The notes: generated from the sequence alone by a model not told the origin. DNA of 33,459 nucleotides from Craspedostauros australis (GCA_030167865.1 JALAGF010003761.1:1-33459); one strand, 5' to 3'. Numbered from the stretch's first letter, positions 21,427 to 33,400 are shown. Numbers and translations: made by a program.

Positions 21427-21836
21427 GTGTCTTCTTGCTTGTTTCTTTCTGGAGGATTGGTGTGATGATCAACGGCAGTGGCTTTGATGCCCAACTTCGT
21501 GTCTCTTGCGATGGTTCCGCCATGGTCTTTGCGTGTCTTTCGATCTTCCCGTTCTTGGTTTGTTTGTTCTTGACGGTCGACCCATCCGAATCATTGCCAC
21601 AGAATAGCAAAGATGTGATTCGAATCTGGCACCTTCGATTCATTCGATCAATTCGTTTTGCTCTTCGTAGAGTGCCTATTGTATCTAGAGAGAGAAAACA
21701 ATATTGTTGACAAAAACAGAATGACGGTGACGCAACTCAAACCACTCTGCACGGCCTTGCGCAATCAAAAGAAGAACATGCCATACATGTATCATTATGT
21801 GTATTGTATTTAATAGAATATGTATTGTATCTAATC

Positions 21837-22610
21837 TCATCTCTCTTCCCATTCAGCATCCTTGTGGTCCTTTGTGCGCTTCAATTGATCCCTCTGGGTG
21901 CTTCGGAAACATTGCCGGATGATTTCGATGCTTGACTCTTCACTGATCACGTAGAACAAGCCATTGTGATCGTCTTCCTCCACGAAACGCCCGCCGACTT
22001 CCCTGATTTCTTCATAGATCTCCTGCAAGATTCCATTCCGTTCTTCCGCATTCTGCCGGTAGCGATAGAAACGCCTCAGCACTTGTCGATGATAGAACTG
22101 ATTCCCGACATGTTCGTGGGCTCTTGTTCCGCGCTCGCACAGCACGTCTGCGTAGCGGTAATGGGTATGGACGACCCCATTTCGGCGGCGCAGTGATGGG
22201 CCCGTGTTGCGTGAAGCCCGTGCGCTGCGTGAAGCCCGCGTGTTGCGCGGAGTCTTCCTTCTGGTGTTGCGACTGCGTCGGCGCTGCTGTGCGTGGCGCT
22301 GGTCTTGCTGCGGGCGAAGATCGACGCGCGCATCGCCTTTCACAGGCGCAATGGCATCGTGACGGCCACATGCCTCCTTGTCATCGATGAGCGACAGCAT
22401 GTCATTGTTGGCCAGCGTCGCAGTCGACGTTTGCTGGCGAGTTGAGGGCGGCGGTGATTCGATGCGCACGTCACGCGCTTGCGCCATATGGGTTGTCGTC
22501 TTCTGCTGGCATTGTTCATGGCGCACCAACGGCATCGCCATTGCCATCTTCGTCGCCAGTTCCATCTTGGCTGATTCGTTGTCGTTTGCGCTGTCTTGGT
22601 CTTGGCTCAT
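21837..22610 (-). CDS. DUF6824-type domain protein (257 aa)
   Basis: DVLCERG...HVGNQFY.....Y...I...I...GGRFV......F........IRQCFR matches the diatom-expanded DVLxGRG/HxGN/GGRFL domain. The N-terminus looks disordered and contains an Arg-rich tract. Confidence 0.8.
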   Translation of the reverse strand: MSQDQDSANDNESAKMELATKMAMAMPLVRHEQCQQKTTTHMAQARDVRIESPPPSTRQQTSTATLANNDMLSLIDDKEACGRHDAIAPVKGDARVDLRPQQDQRHAQQRRRSRNTRRKTPRNTRASRSARASRNTGPSLRRRNGVVHTHYRYADVLCERGTRAHEHVGNQFYHRQVLRRFYRYRQNAEERNGILQEIYEEIREVGGRFVEEDDHNGLFYVISEESSIEIIRQCFRSTQRDQLKRTKDHKDAEWEER

Positions 22611-23724
22611 TTATTCGTTGGTGATCTGCAATGGAGGCGAAGATAGTCGAGTCCCCCATTTTATGAGCACCATGGCACAAGGAATGAATGAGCCCAAGTC
22701 GTAACAAGGAGACTTCGTTTGAGGACTGCCATGACCGTCATCTTGCTCCTGACAACACCGCCACTTCTGGCTTGACCCCGTGTTCCAATCCCTCTGGAGA
22801 GAATGGCCGCAACAAGGACGACGACCGCGACATCCACTCTCTGATCCAAACACGCTCTTCGTTTGTCAATCAAATGTTCTGACACTTTCATCACTGCCGT
22901 CTCTGATGTTCCGATCTCCGCAACAATAAGCAACAAAGCAGGGCTCCACGCCGCATGCGTCGATGACCATGGTGCTGATGCAAATGCAAATGCAATCTGC
23001 ACCCGAACATCCCTCTTGCGATGGTGTCGAAGAATTCTGCTTTCATTTCTTTTTGTGTTTGTCCCAAGTTCTCTTGTTGTGTTCTGTTGGTGTGATTGCG
23101 AAGACATCGAATCTTAAAGGAGATGCGGCAATAATGTAATAAACTATCACTTGTATTGGTTTCGGATGGATCCTTCGACCCAGTCGATTCATAGCTGTTG
23201 AGAATCGAAGCGGTTGTTCGAGGTCTGTCCATCTTCGGAAAGCGAACCTGAACTGTGTCACGATCACACATGACTCCCCGTAAAAAGGTTGGTGTTCGCG
23301 AACAGACACACTTTCGCATTTTCGCGACACGGAAGACCTCGACGACAACACGTGTCTTGTTGACAGAATCTTTCCACGAAGGTTCTTGTGCCCATGTGAA
23401 GCGTTGGTTGGAGGGTTCGAGCAGAAGATACAGTGACCGAGCCACACAGAAGAGACACAACGACAAAGGGAGAATGAAGGAAAAGATATGACGTTGCAAC
23501 AGCAAACCGCGTTGTGATCTTTTGCGCGTTTTGTTCTTCTCCCGCCACTCTGTTACTGCTGTTGGCCAACAGCGCCACCAACAGCAGGCGAAGCAGCAGC
23601 ACCGCCAACGGGGGATACTTCACGAGTACTGATACAACGGATACCTGTCCAACCAACCACATCAATCTGCTCCAACCACACCCTTGTCATAAATCAAGCG
23701 GTCAACCAAAATAAAACGCATCTT

Positions 23725-23760
23725 CCAACCAACCAACCAACCAACCAACCAACCAACCAA
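23725..23760 (+). repeat. (CCAA)9 microsatellite 15 nt upstream of the ATG at 23776
   Basis: Directly visible. Confidence 0.95.
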
Positions 23761-23775
23761 TCCACACCATTCATC

Positions 23776-24318
23776 ATGTCTGAATCTTACGGAGCCATCA
23801 AGGTCGAAGCCGGAGACGCTGCCCCAGCTGGCATGAACGCCGGTGGCATCAAGCAAGGTCACGTGTGCTGCGGAGGATGCTGCGATGTGCGCCGTGCCAC
23901 CATCATCATCAACGTGATCACGCTGGTCTTCGCCGTCCTGAGTCTGTTCAGCGCCGTCTCGATCAAGTTCTATGCGGGCCAGGCCAAGAGCGAGGTCGAT
24001 GACGATGAGGTCAAGGCCACCCTCGACGACATCCAGGCCACGCCGTTCGGAGTCGCCTACTTCTTCATCGGCATCGAGATCGTGTTCGCACTGGCCGCCA
24101 TCATCGGCGCCGTCAAGTACAACTCCTGCCTCGTCCTGACCGTCTTCATCTACTACTGCGTCGGCGCCATCCTCAACGTCGTCGCCCTGGATTTCATCGC
24201 TGTCATCATCAGCTGTCTCTACGCCTACCCACACTACTTCCTCTACAAGGAGATCAAGAGCGGCATCATGAGCGAGGAGAACTACGTCAACGAGAAGCAG
24301 TCCTGCTGCTGCGTCTAA
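23776..24318 (+). CDS. Four-TM membrane protein, LAPTM-like (180 aa)
   Basis: Strong GC3 codon bias, CCGGCCDVRRA before TM1, four hydrophobic helices, and C-terminal SCCCV. Confidence 0.88.
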   Translation: MSESYGAIKVEAGDAAPAGMNAGGIKQGHVCCGGCCDVRRATIIINVITLVFAVLSLFSAVSIKFYAGQAKSEVDDDEVKATLDDIQATPFGVAYFFIGIEIVFALAAIIGAVKYNSCLVLTVFIYYCVGAILNVVALDFIAVIISCLYAYPHYFLYKEIKSGIMSEENYVNEKQSCCCV

Positions 24319-25945
24319 GATCATTCCTTCAGGGCGATGACGCATCGCGTACGCACATGACGGCAGATCGGAGTGGTCAGGCTGCTTGCTCATTTGCGGG
24401 CACACACGAAGGGAGGATCAACCCTTCCGCATGCTCGGTCCATTCGAAGCATACGGCGCAATCTCGACACTCGAGGATCCTCTCTTCCCTAAACAGTCTG
24501 TAAATTAGCAGCAGCATTACATGTTCCACTGCTCCATTGTTTTGCAACGAGTATCTCTCTGGGGAGGGAACAGAGTTGGGCGCACGCGCGGGCGCATACG
24601 AGCTGTCTGCATCCTGTATGTTCGCCTCTTCCTCCCGTTGCGCTGTCGTCTGTCTGCACTCTTCGCCAAAGGATCCCTCCAGTTTGCAACAACTTGCGTT
24701 GGCATTGAATCACGACTCAATGGATCTTTCATGAGCGGTGATTTCGTCCACGAGGTGTTGTCACCATCTCTCGCCAAACTTCTGAGGGAGTGATGGGAGT
24801 TCCGATGCAAGTACAGTGTGTGCCCTTCGCATCCTGCCGCTCTGTTGTCTCCATTGCCCACCTTGACACTCACATTCGCAGGAACCCATCAGCCATGTTG
24901 GCAACTGGGCTGCCGAGCAACCAAACAACACCCCAAAGCATGCCGCACCCACACTCATCAATCCAGAAGCGGGAGAAACGACAGCATGGGACAGAACACA
25001 ATCCGACTCTGTGCAGCACTCCCAAAAGCACTGAGTCCTAACGCATACTCCACCCCACAGTCCAACAAGGCCAACCCATCACGCCCATTCCGTACAACGC
25101 GCTCGTGTACGACTGCGTCCGCATCATTCTCGAAGTTGGATCAGCAGCCTTTCTCTCCTTTTGTGGGATGGTTGTTGTGAGAGATCCAATGCGATTGGTA
25201 CCGTGCTGCGTTGCAATTGAGATTGCTCCGCTCATGTTGCGTTTTGGAGGCATGGCATGAACAAGAATGCCGTTTGAGGAAGCCGACTGCGGATCGGCGC
25301 GATCCGGCGACAGGGCACTTGCGAAGAGAACTGGGCCCACCGGCGATGTTTCGGCTCGGCGGGCGCCTCTATGCGTACGTACGTACGTGCGTGCGTATTG
25401 GCACCCTGTGATTCTCATGTGAAGCATCCTTGTCTATTGAAGTATCATGTGAGTATGTAGGCTGCTCTTGCCGTTCGTTGGGTTTGCGAATCTGTTTTTA
25501 AACTGCACACATCCTCGTACATACAATACGATACATTCCCGTATGGTGCTCTACATATCCGTTTGTAACTCCTGTGCCGTTGCTATTGTTGTACGAGTAT
25601 TGCAGATATAATATGTCACTGTGTGTTGTTGTGCTTTGCACTCACTTCTGTTATGAACATTCATTGACCATGTCTCGTTGAGACATTGCGCCATGATACC
25701 TATGCACATGTATATTATCGTAGAGTACTCTACTTGCTTGTGTAGTGCGACGAACATCTCCTTTCCTCCCGCAACCTTCGGCTGCGATGCTGGCGTCAAC
25801 TTTGGTGCTGTCGTGGTCGTCGTTGTCTTCGGCATTTACATCCATCACTTATCAACGCTACAACATCGTTGTTGTTGACATCATCACTGTCATCGTCGTT
25901 CTTTTCTTGTGGTTCCGATGGTTGCGAATGATCGCTGCCGTCGTT

Positions 25946-27085
25946 CTACTCCTCTTCGTCGACGACGGCGGCGGCGGTAGTGGCAGCAGTGCCGGTGCCA
26001 ACGCTAGTGTTGCTACTGCTACTGCTACTGCTGTTGCTCTGCCGCGCCGAGAACTTCTTGTCTTCATGCTTGTAGGCCAGGACCAAGGCAGCATCCAACA
26101 AACCCAGGTGGGTTCTGTTGACGTTGCGCCGTCCGTTTGCTGGCTCGTTCTTCAGGATCCACCCACCCTTCTTCGATGGCACGATCATCTTTCGCCTCAC
26201 CGACGTGTTGGACTGCAAGATGTGATGGATCTCGCGGCATGCTTCCTTGTCGGATGCCACGTCGTAGGTTTGGCTGTCACGGTTGTACTTGAAGAATCGA
26301 CCACCGCGACGGTACACCCACTGCACCATCCTCTCTGCGTACGCTCGGCGGTCGTGGGTCCAGATGCCCTGCCAAATCTTCTTCATGTCCCGCAGGTGCT
26401 CGAGGAGCAGCTGATTGCCCACGTTGCGGCGGTGTCCTGGTCCCTTTCCAATGATGACGTCGAAGAGCGCCCGCTTGTCCGTAGGGTTGCTCTTGCTCAC
26501 CCTGTACAGCCCATCGGCGGTGGCGTAGGCAGCCGGGATGCATCGTTTCGTCATCTCGCCTTGCATGTCGGAGATGATCTTTCGCAGCTGGACCTGATCT
26601 TCTTCGGTGTCGTCGAATTCCTCGAGGTCGCTGTTAGGTCCTTCGGTTCCTGCGAAGCGATCGCTGCCGCCGCCCTCTGTGCCCTCTCGTTCGTCGCTAT
26701 CGGTGGCGTCTCCCACGCTGTCGATTCCTTCGCAGTCCTCCCCATTGACGTAGACGAAGTTCATGGTTTCCTTCTCGTCTCCTTCGTCTGCTGCCTCCTC
26801 GTCGTTCCGTTCTTCCGAGCGCCGACCGCAGTCGCGACCAGCAGGCTGCTCGGCTCCATTCGCGTCTTCGCCGTCGTTAGCGACGTCCGTGCTCATGTTC
26901 GCACCATCGTCCTCGTTCATCGACCACTCGTCGTCCGAGCCCAACTCCGATTCACAGACGGTGGTGCTGCACTCGTCCTCGGAGGCGTCGTTGGCCATTC
27001 GGAACATGACCTCCTCCGCCCTCTCGTAGTCTTCGGCGCCAAAGTCGATCAGTGCGATGCCGTTGAGTGGTATGGAAAGGGACAT
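25946..27085 (-). CDS. DUF6824-type domain protein with long acidic N-terminus (379 aa)
   Basis: DVIIGKG....NVGNQ ... MVQWVYRRGGRFFK....Y.......ACREI, after about 160 aa of D/E-rich sequence. Confidence 0.8.
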   Translation of the reverse strand: MSLSIPLNGIALIDFGAEDYERAEEVMFRMANDASEDECSTTVCESELGSDDEWSMNEDDGANMSTDVANDGEDANGAEQPAGRDCGRRSEERNDEEAADEGDEKETMNFVYVNGEDCEGIDSVGDATDSDEREGTEGGGSDRFAGTEGPNSDLEEFDDTEEDQVQLRKIISDMQGEMTKRCIPAAYATADGLYRVSKSNPTDKRALFDVIIGKGPGHRRNVGNQLLLEHLRDMKKIWQGIWTHDRRAYAERMVQWVYRRGGRFFKYNRDSQTYDVASDKEACREIHHILQSNTSVRRKMIVPSKKGGWILKNEPANGRRNVNRTHLGLLDAALVLAYKHEDKKFSARQSNSSSSSSSNTSVGTGTAATTAAAVVDEEE

Positions 27086-28953
27086 CGTGACGTGGCTTCT
27101 GGCTTGTGCTCAACACCGTGATCGAGGTCGTTTGCGGCAGCGGATGCCGATGCGTGCTTCCAGCGCTGTGCGTGACGCGTCGTGTGTTGAAGTGGGCAGA
27201 ACGGACTGATGGTGGAGGAATGCGATGGAACGGGGAGGCAACGGAGAGCTGACAACGGATGATCAGAGACGGAGAGATGGACGTAGAACGCGAAAGCGCT
27301 GGGGTGTGGATGTATTGGATGAGATGGATGGAACGGATCAGTGGTACGAGCACGAGTATGACGAATGAACTGTGGAAGGATAGTGTACAATAATGTATAA
27401 AGTAATGAATAGCGCGAGTATGGTGTGGCGAATCGATTACCGCAGGAGCACAAAGTCACGGATGACGATGATGGGATTCGCTGGGTGGTGTCTGGCTCAA
27501 GACATGGGTTGGCGCTGCATCAAGAGGGGAGCCGATGGCTTTGGTTGTGCGTTTTGTGGAATTGTGGTCGCAACCGACTCTTTTTGTGGGCCCTCCTTGT
27601 TCGCGCTTCGAAAGCTGGGCTGGGCACGGAATACGTCAGATGGGCGGTGATGAGGGCGGTGATGATGGGTGACCGACAACGGATGAAGCCTCACAAAAAG
27701 CGGGTCTGTATCTTGTGCCCACGTGGGTTGGCTCTGGGGGCACTTTGCGGTGTTTCTTGTCAGGGGCTTCGATTCGTGTTCCCTTCCTTGGTCACAACGG
27801 AAGATCACGCAGAGCCAATTCTTGTTGATGATCGTCTGCGCGCAAGCGCTCAATCGTGCCCGTAGTAGTACTCGTCATGAAGGTGTCTGTGTAGAAGCGT
27901 ACTAACATTTGTGTAGAAGGGCACTGACATGCTCGTTCAAGCAGCTCGTCCGTACTTTTTTGCGTGTTTGGTTGTCAACTGTTCTCATTTTGGAGGAGCA
28001 AGTCGACTTTGTGTGGCGGCAACAGTTTGGGACACGGAGCAACACGGGATTCACAGGACTATCCAAGACTGACACAACAATGCGCGTTTGTGTGCGTTTT
28101 CGTGAGAAACATACTGACTTGAGTCAAAGTGGTCGATCGATTGAACCAGGTTTGGTACATGATTAGACTCTAACTCTGCCCATAAGATACCTTTTTGGTC
28201 GCTAACACGAAAAGCCACCACGTCTCGGCATCTGTTGATCCGTTTGCTGTTGCCGTGTTCGATTCTTCCTGCCATACCAGGTGTTTTCTTCGTTTCTCTC
28301 TCTCTCCACGAGAACGAGCAGAGAGGAGGCCGTCCATGATGGAGAAGAATGACCGAGCCGACTTCTGGCTGGATGATCGCGCTGCTTGTTGATCGCATGG
28401 TTGCGTTCTTGCGTTCTTGCGTGCTTTCGTGTTTGCGTCAAATAGTGGAGTGGATGACACTGCCTCGCCACGTGATCAACAGAGCCATTCTCTCCATCTT
28501 GGGAATGCGCACCACGTACTTACCAAACTGAACCATGTTGTGTATGATCAGATCTGTTTCCAAGGTGGGCAAACACGAGGCAGCGAGTTTGGACTCTTTC
28601 GGGACCTTGTCTGTCTGTGTTCATGTGCATCTGTTTATCTGGCGGAATGTCTGTCTGATGAAACGTGTCTGTTGAACAAAACCGAATGACAATATCTAGA
28701 TAGACTGCCAATCGTATACAAACACAATGACTGCATCAAACGGACCAACAGCATCAGGCAGGGCAAATGTCGTCACGGGAAAGACAAACATTGATGCTCT
28801 GGAGCTGGGCAATGCTAGACTCATGCATAGTAGTACGTACACAAGCACGCATTTACAATATGAACAAGTAAAAGTTGCTGCCTGCACCAGTCCCGTGGTC
28901 TACCATACTCTCTTCAACTCAACGTTGTACTCTCGCTGTCTCTCTCTGTACCA

Positions 28954-28969
28954 AGAGAGAGAGAGAGAG
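28954..28969. repeat. (GA)n microsatellite
   Basis: Directly visible, just downstream of the stop at 28994. Confidence 0.85.
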
Positions 28970-28993
28970 GATGATGCTAATTTTCGTGTCGCT

Positions 28994-31900
28994 CTATTCG
29001 GGAAACCTAATTTTAGACAGGAACTGATCTTGCGTCCCCTCCTGCGCTCTCTCACTATCCGACGCAATCGTTGTCTCGACATCCTGTGATGACGTGTGAG
29101 AATCCTCGAATTGCTCAGAGCTTCGAGCAGCCAATGGTTGTGGCAACCTTGTCATCGCATTGTCTTCTGCAGCCATCCCATAGACTGCATTGGGTAAGCA
29201 GCACGATGCGAGGTCTTCACCGAATGCGCTGTTCGCAGAAGTGCCCAGCGTGGCGCTGAAGCAAGATTCGACCGCAATCGGTGCATGCCACAGTGATTCT
29301 GCCCGTTCATCCTCATCAGGATCGGCATCGACGCGGAACCGCTTTCGTGCGGATTCCCCACGCTCCGGATTCGCAACCAAGTAGGTCTTGAGCTGCTCTT
29401 GCTGGTTGAGCTTGGACTTGCGATGCTTCAGGTCGAGATTGATAACTTCTCGTCTCCTGCGGAAGCAATGGCCGATCTTGTCTTTTGCAGCTTCATCAGA
29501 AATCTCCACCCAGATACCGCACTCCTCTCTCTTCAAAAATTTCGCGGGCATGCCCTTCACAAACGTAAGTACAGTTTGGCATATCACCCTCTTCTGCAAC
29601 CTCGTTGCGCACGCGTTGTACTGCTCATAGTGCATGGCCACAACTTCGTGCAGGTACTTGTTCCCCACGTGGTCTTGCACAGGCTTGCCTTTGCCCAGGA
29701 GGACGTCATCGCAAGCTGGGAGCTCGATGGCGTTTGGGTACTTGTCAAGATTGCGTTCCAACATCTGACGACGTTCCAGCCAGTTGGTGAAGTAGGTACC
29801 ACGTTTCCAACTGCCTTTGTGATTGACGGGTATCTCCTGCACAGGCACGCCGAATGTCATCAGGGTGTACAAGCACTCCTGTGAGGTTCCTGCTTGCATG
29901 GCATCGGGGGGTATGATATGGCAGTGCGTGTGCGAGTGTGTGCGTATTTTGGTGCAATGTGATCGGCATAGTGTGGGCGTTTTTGGGATGTCGATGAAGC
30001 GGAGCGCGATGATGCAAACACGGGATCATGTGGGCATGGCGGATGGTACGAGTGCGTGACCACCATCCAGATTGGGAGCCACCATGCGCATTAACATACG
30101 GTTGCGAGTATGCGAGAGTTTCGAGAAACGTCGCATAAATCCGTCGGGTGGGGTCCACAGGTCAAGAAATGGCACGATAAAGCGAGAACAGACAGAATGA
30201 GAAACATCACAGGTGTCAGACGAATGGCGAATAGAGTGCGAGAAGTGGCATTGGCGTGGACAGCCACAATTACAGCCTCGATCCATCATGGCCGTGGGAG
30301 CATACCAATCCATCCATACTTTCATTCGTCAATCGACCGGTGTTGTTCACAGGTACGAGCTATTGTGTGTGCGTGCGCGCGCGCTGTACGATACAGGCCC
30401 GCCTCTTCTCCCTCGTCCGTGGATGTGAGGCCACGCCAACACCATCGGCGACATCATCGGCGGCACCCACGATAGCACGATGACAAAGTGAATGCAGAAA
30501 GAACTTACCATTGTGCAGCCGCATGCGGCAGCGTGCGACACGCTGGAGCCCGATGCCTATCAGGGCGATGAATGGTTTCAGCTGCGGTCTGTTGTAGCAG
30601 TAGTGGAAGCCGACGATCCTCATGGGGACGCAGTTCAGAACGGCGCATGAGCCCCACCAGACCTTTCGCTCCACCTGATCCAGCTTGGGTGTGAAATCGA
30701 TACCGTAACAGATCCACACAACGCCATTGCGTTGCGTCTCAACATCATCTTGGAGGATGGACATGATGATGTAGAACAAAATTCGATTCTGAGTTGTTCG
30801 TGAAGAATGGAGTGCGGAGTTGCAGACGTGTGGTGACATTGTTGGAAACGGTTCGGTTCGGATTGTTTTGCGATGACAGTTACGATCACTCTGTGTGAGA
30901 CGCGCAGAAGGCACGCAGCAGTCCCGATCACGATGACGATCCAACAGAAGATCAAAAAGACAAGAAGCAGGGTGACCACATGGAGGGACGCTCTGCCACC
31001 ACGCTTTGGAGGCACGCACTGGAAAACCAAACACACCCGGCCAACGCAACGAGCGCAACAATCCCAAACGGAAGCACCTCCATGCGACGAGCAAACAGGC
31101 AGCTGGATCGGTACGGATGACGCTTCTCGGCATTCCCAATGGTTGACTTACATGGAAGATGGTGGGATTCTCGGTCCTGTAGAATTGCCTGTGGAATCTC
31201 TCCAATGACACGACCACAGCCCGACCGGATGAATCTCGCACTGGGAGCAGGGAGATGTATCCAGCCGAGTACAGCACTTCCTGTGCCACCGGATCCAGAT
31301 CATCGAACGTGATGCGTCTGCCGAGGTATTCGGTGCCGAATAAATCAAACTTTGTTTCAAAGTGCGCTATGAGCCTGTCTGCGGCGAGCTGCGCATCGTA
31401 GGACGTCGAGCGGAGGAACATGAGTCGGAACGACTCATCTGTGACGAACTCGGGCGATTGCTGCGTCGCGAGATCGTAGGCTGGCTTCACGGCGGTTTGA
31501 TGTATGAATCTGTTCAATTCCTGCAGCTTTTGCGCGAGCATGGTTGGTGTCTCGGGTATGTTGGCGGAAACACCGTGGATGTCCTCGTACACTCGCTCTC
31601 GTTGGTGCAAGGACAGCGACTTGATCTCATCAGAGAGCATCTTATCGACTGGGGTGATATCTCGCGCGTTCTGGGGGATTGCATTTTGGCAATACGCGAC
31701 GCCAACTCGCTGGGAGCACGCTGCATGTCGTGTCGGTACTGCATGTTGCCGCCCTCCAGCTGTTGTTGCTTCCGCTGCTGCCGGTACCGACTCCGCTGTT
31801 GCCGAGGCTGCCGATGCGGCCGCGCAATTGTCGATTTTCATTGCATCGGCACTTTTGTTGTTCATGTTCATGTTGTTGTTGATGCTGCTGGTGCTGTCAT

Positions 31901-32129
31901 TGACAGCTCTTGTATCTTGATTGCCATACTCGTAGGATGCAGCGGCATACCGTGCTGCTCCATGCGGATTTGGGTTCGGAATCGGCGATGGGTGCCGATG
32001 CTCACTGGGGAAATCTTGTTGCTGTTGCTCATGTGCCGGCTGAGCTTGTGAGTGATGCGAGGAATCACCGGCGGCTGGTGCGGCATCGGCACTTTGGCAT
32101 TGGTCTGTCGTTGGATCGATCATGGACAT
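28994..32129 (-). CDS. CRAL-TRIO-like plus DUF6824-type domain protein (about 717 aa, 3 exons)
   Basis: Exons 32129-31152, 30788-30509 and 29889-28994. Donors CAT|GTAAGT and G|GTAAGT; acceptors CTCAG| and AGCAG|. The spliced product has LSLHQRERVYEDIHGV, FRLMFLRS..YDAQLAA.RL, LLPVRDSSGRAV, DVETQRNGVV, PMRIVGFHYC, RLHNG-TSQECLYTLMTFGVP, then DVLLGKG...HVGN...KFLK....W.EIS...AKDKIGHCFR. Confidence 0.88.
29890..30508 (-). other. Intron 2 of the CRAL-TRIO/DUF6824 gene (619 nt)
   Basis: GTAAGT donor and CAG acceptor; the phase-1 join rebuilds RLHNGTSQEC. Confidence 0.8.
30789..31151 (-). other. Intron 1 of the CRAL-TRIO/DUF6824 gene (363 nt, in frame and stop-free)
   Basis: GTAAGT donor and CAG acceptor; the read-through translation lacks family motifs. 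Confidence 0.75.
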
Positions 32130-33285
32130 TGCGATTGGCTTGGGAGTGGGGGAAGGCCTTTTTTATGATGCCATCGAATGAAGCACTCGTACAATACATC
32201 AATGGTATGGTTCGATGCAATGGAGAATGCAATGAATCGCATTGAACCGTGCATCGGTGTATGGTCCTTGTAATACGTGCGAGAAATCGTTTGTGTTTGT
32301 GTGGAGAGGACTTGTACTCGTCCCAAAATATGCACCAGCACAGAGATGGAAATGGGTTTTTGTGCCCCGGATTGCGAGAGAGTGAGGCAAAGGTCACAGC
32401 TGATCTTGGACGGCCACCCATCCACGGCCGGAGTGTGAGCAGTCGCAAAACCACAGCCGATGTGGTCCCTTCCTTTTGGTGTCGAAAGTTAGCATCGAAC
32501 TTCGGTCGAAGGTGGCGACTGCGTGAGGGCATTGGGATGAGCAGTGGCACAGAGCAGCACTCGTACGCGCACGTAGTGCCAGGTACTCATCGCAACAACG
32601 ACAGAGGAGAAGAAGGCGCAACAATTCCACAAGCTGTGTGCGCACGGCCACGGGTAGTAGCAGACCAAGTACGAGTATTGGGAACTCTTCGCAGATTTGC
32701 GGTACCATGTTGTAGAGGCACTGTCAAGGATCATCCGACTGCGACCTTTGCGACAGAACTGATGTGTTATTGGGCTTCCGCAGAACATGCCAACATCCGG
32801 TCATCGTACTTGTGTAGAACCCTTGGCTGCCAAAGGGATACATCACATGAAACAGGCGAGGGCGCACCATTTTCTTCCACATGCTCTGTCCTTTTCTCGT
32901 CTTCCGCTCCATCGATATTTTCGCGACAATGCGAACTTTCCCCTCTATCACTGGTACAGACATTTGGCGGCGGGGCAACTTGATGTCTGGAAATGTCTTG
33001 AGGTGTTGGCGGGTGCAATGGTGACGCATCAACGCGGCAGATGGGAGATACTTCATGACAATTATGGTTGGCGAATTGTGTTGATATTCTGCGGGTCTGA
33101 ATTCCACTTGCATCCACTCACAAACCTGGAACACCCAACAATTTGTCCACATTTCTGGTCGAAATACAACCACAATATTGCCGGACAAGAAAAAGGACAA
33201 AACATGGCCTTTTATTGAATGTGTCAAAATTGCGTTAGAACTCATGACTAATTCGATCAAGAGTCCGAAACCTGTATTCTGTTAG

Positions 33286-33400
33286 CGGACATATACGGAC
33301 AGACTCGACCCATTCGGACACGTACGGACAAATCCGGACAGATCTGGACAAATCTGGACAAATCTGGACAAATCCGGACAAATCTGGACAAATCCGGACA
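33286..33400. repeat. 10-bp tandem repeat array AATC(C/T)GGACA
   Basis: Seven near-perfect units at 33331-33400 plus about 4 degenerate CGGAC units to the left. Confidence 0.93.

Noticed and set aside
22661-23714. Several 130-200 aa ORFs between the DUF6824 and LAPTM-like genes
   Set aside because: No recognisable domain or coding bias; consistent with a divergent promoter region.
25745-27121. 458-aa ORF on the plus strand
   Set aside because: Antisense shadow of the DUF6824 gene; its V/L/R-rich composition is typical of such shadows.
32249-33260. ORFs of 143-244 aa near the right end as a possible transposase remnant
   Set aside because: No DDE, RT, integrase or Rep/helicase motif recognisable by eye; would need TBLASTX against repeat libraries.
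33286-33400. Possible CRISPR array or telomeric repeat
   Set aside because: No spacers, 10-bp unit, eukaryotic context; not a TTAGGG-like unit, and unique sequence follows.
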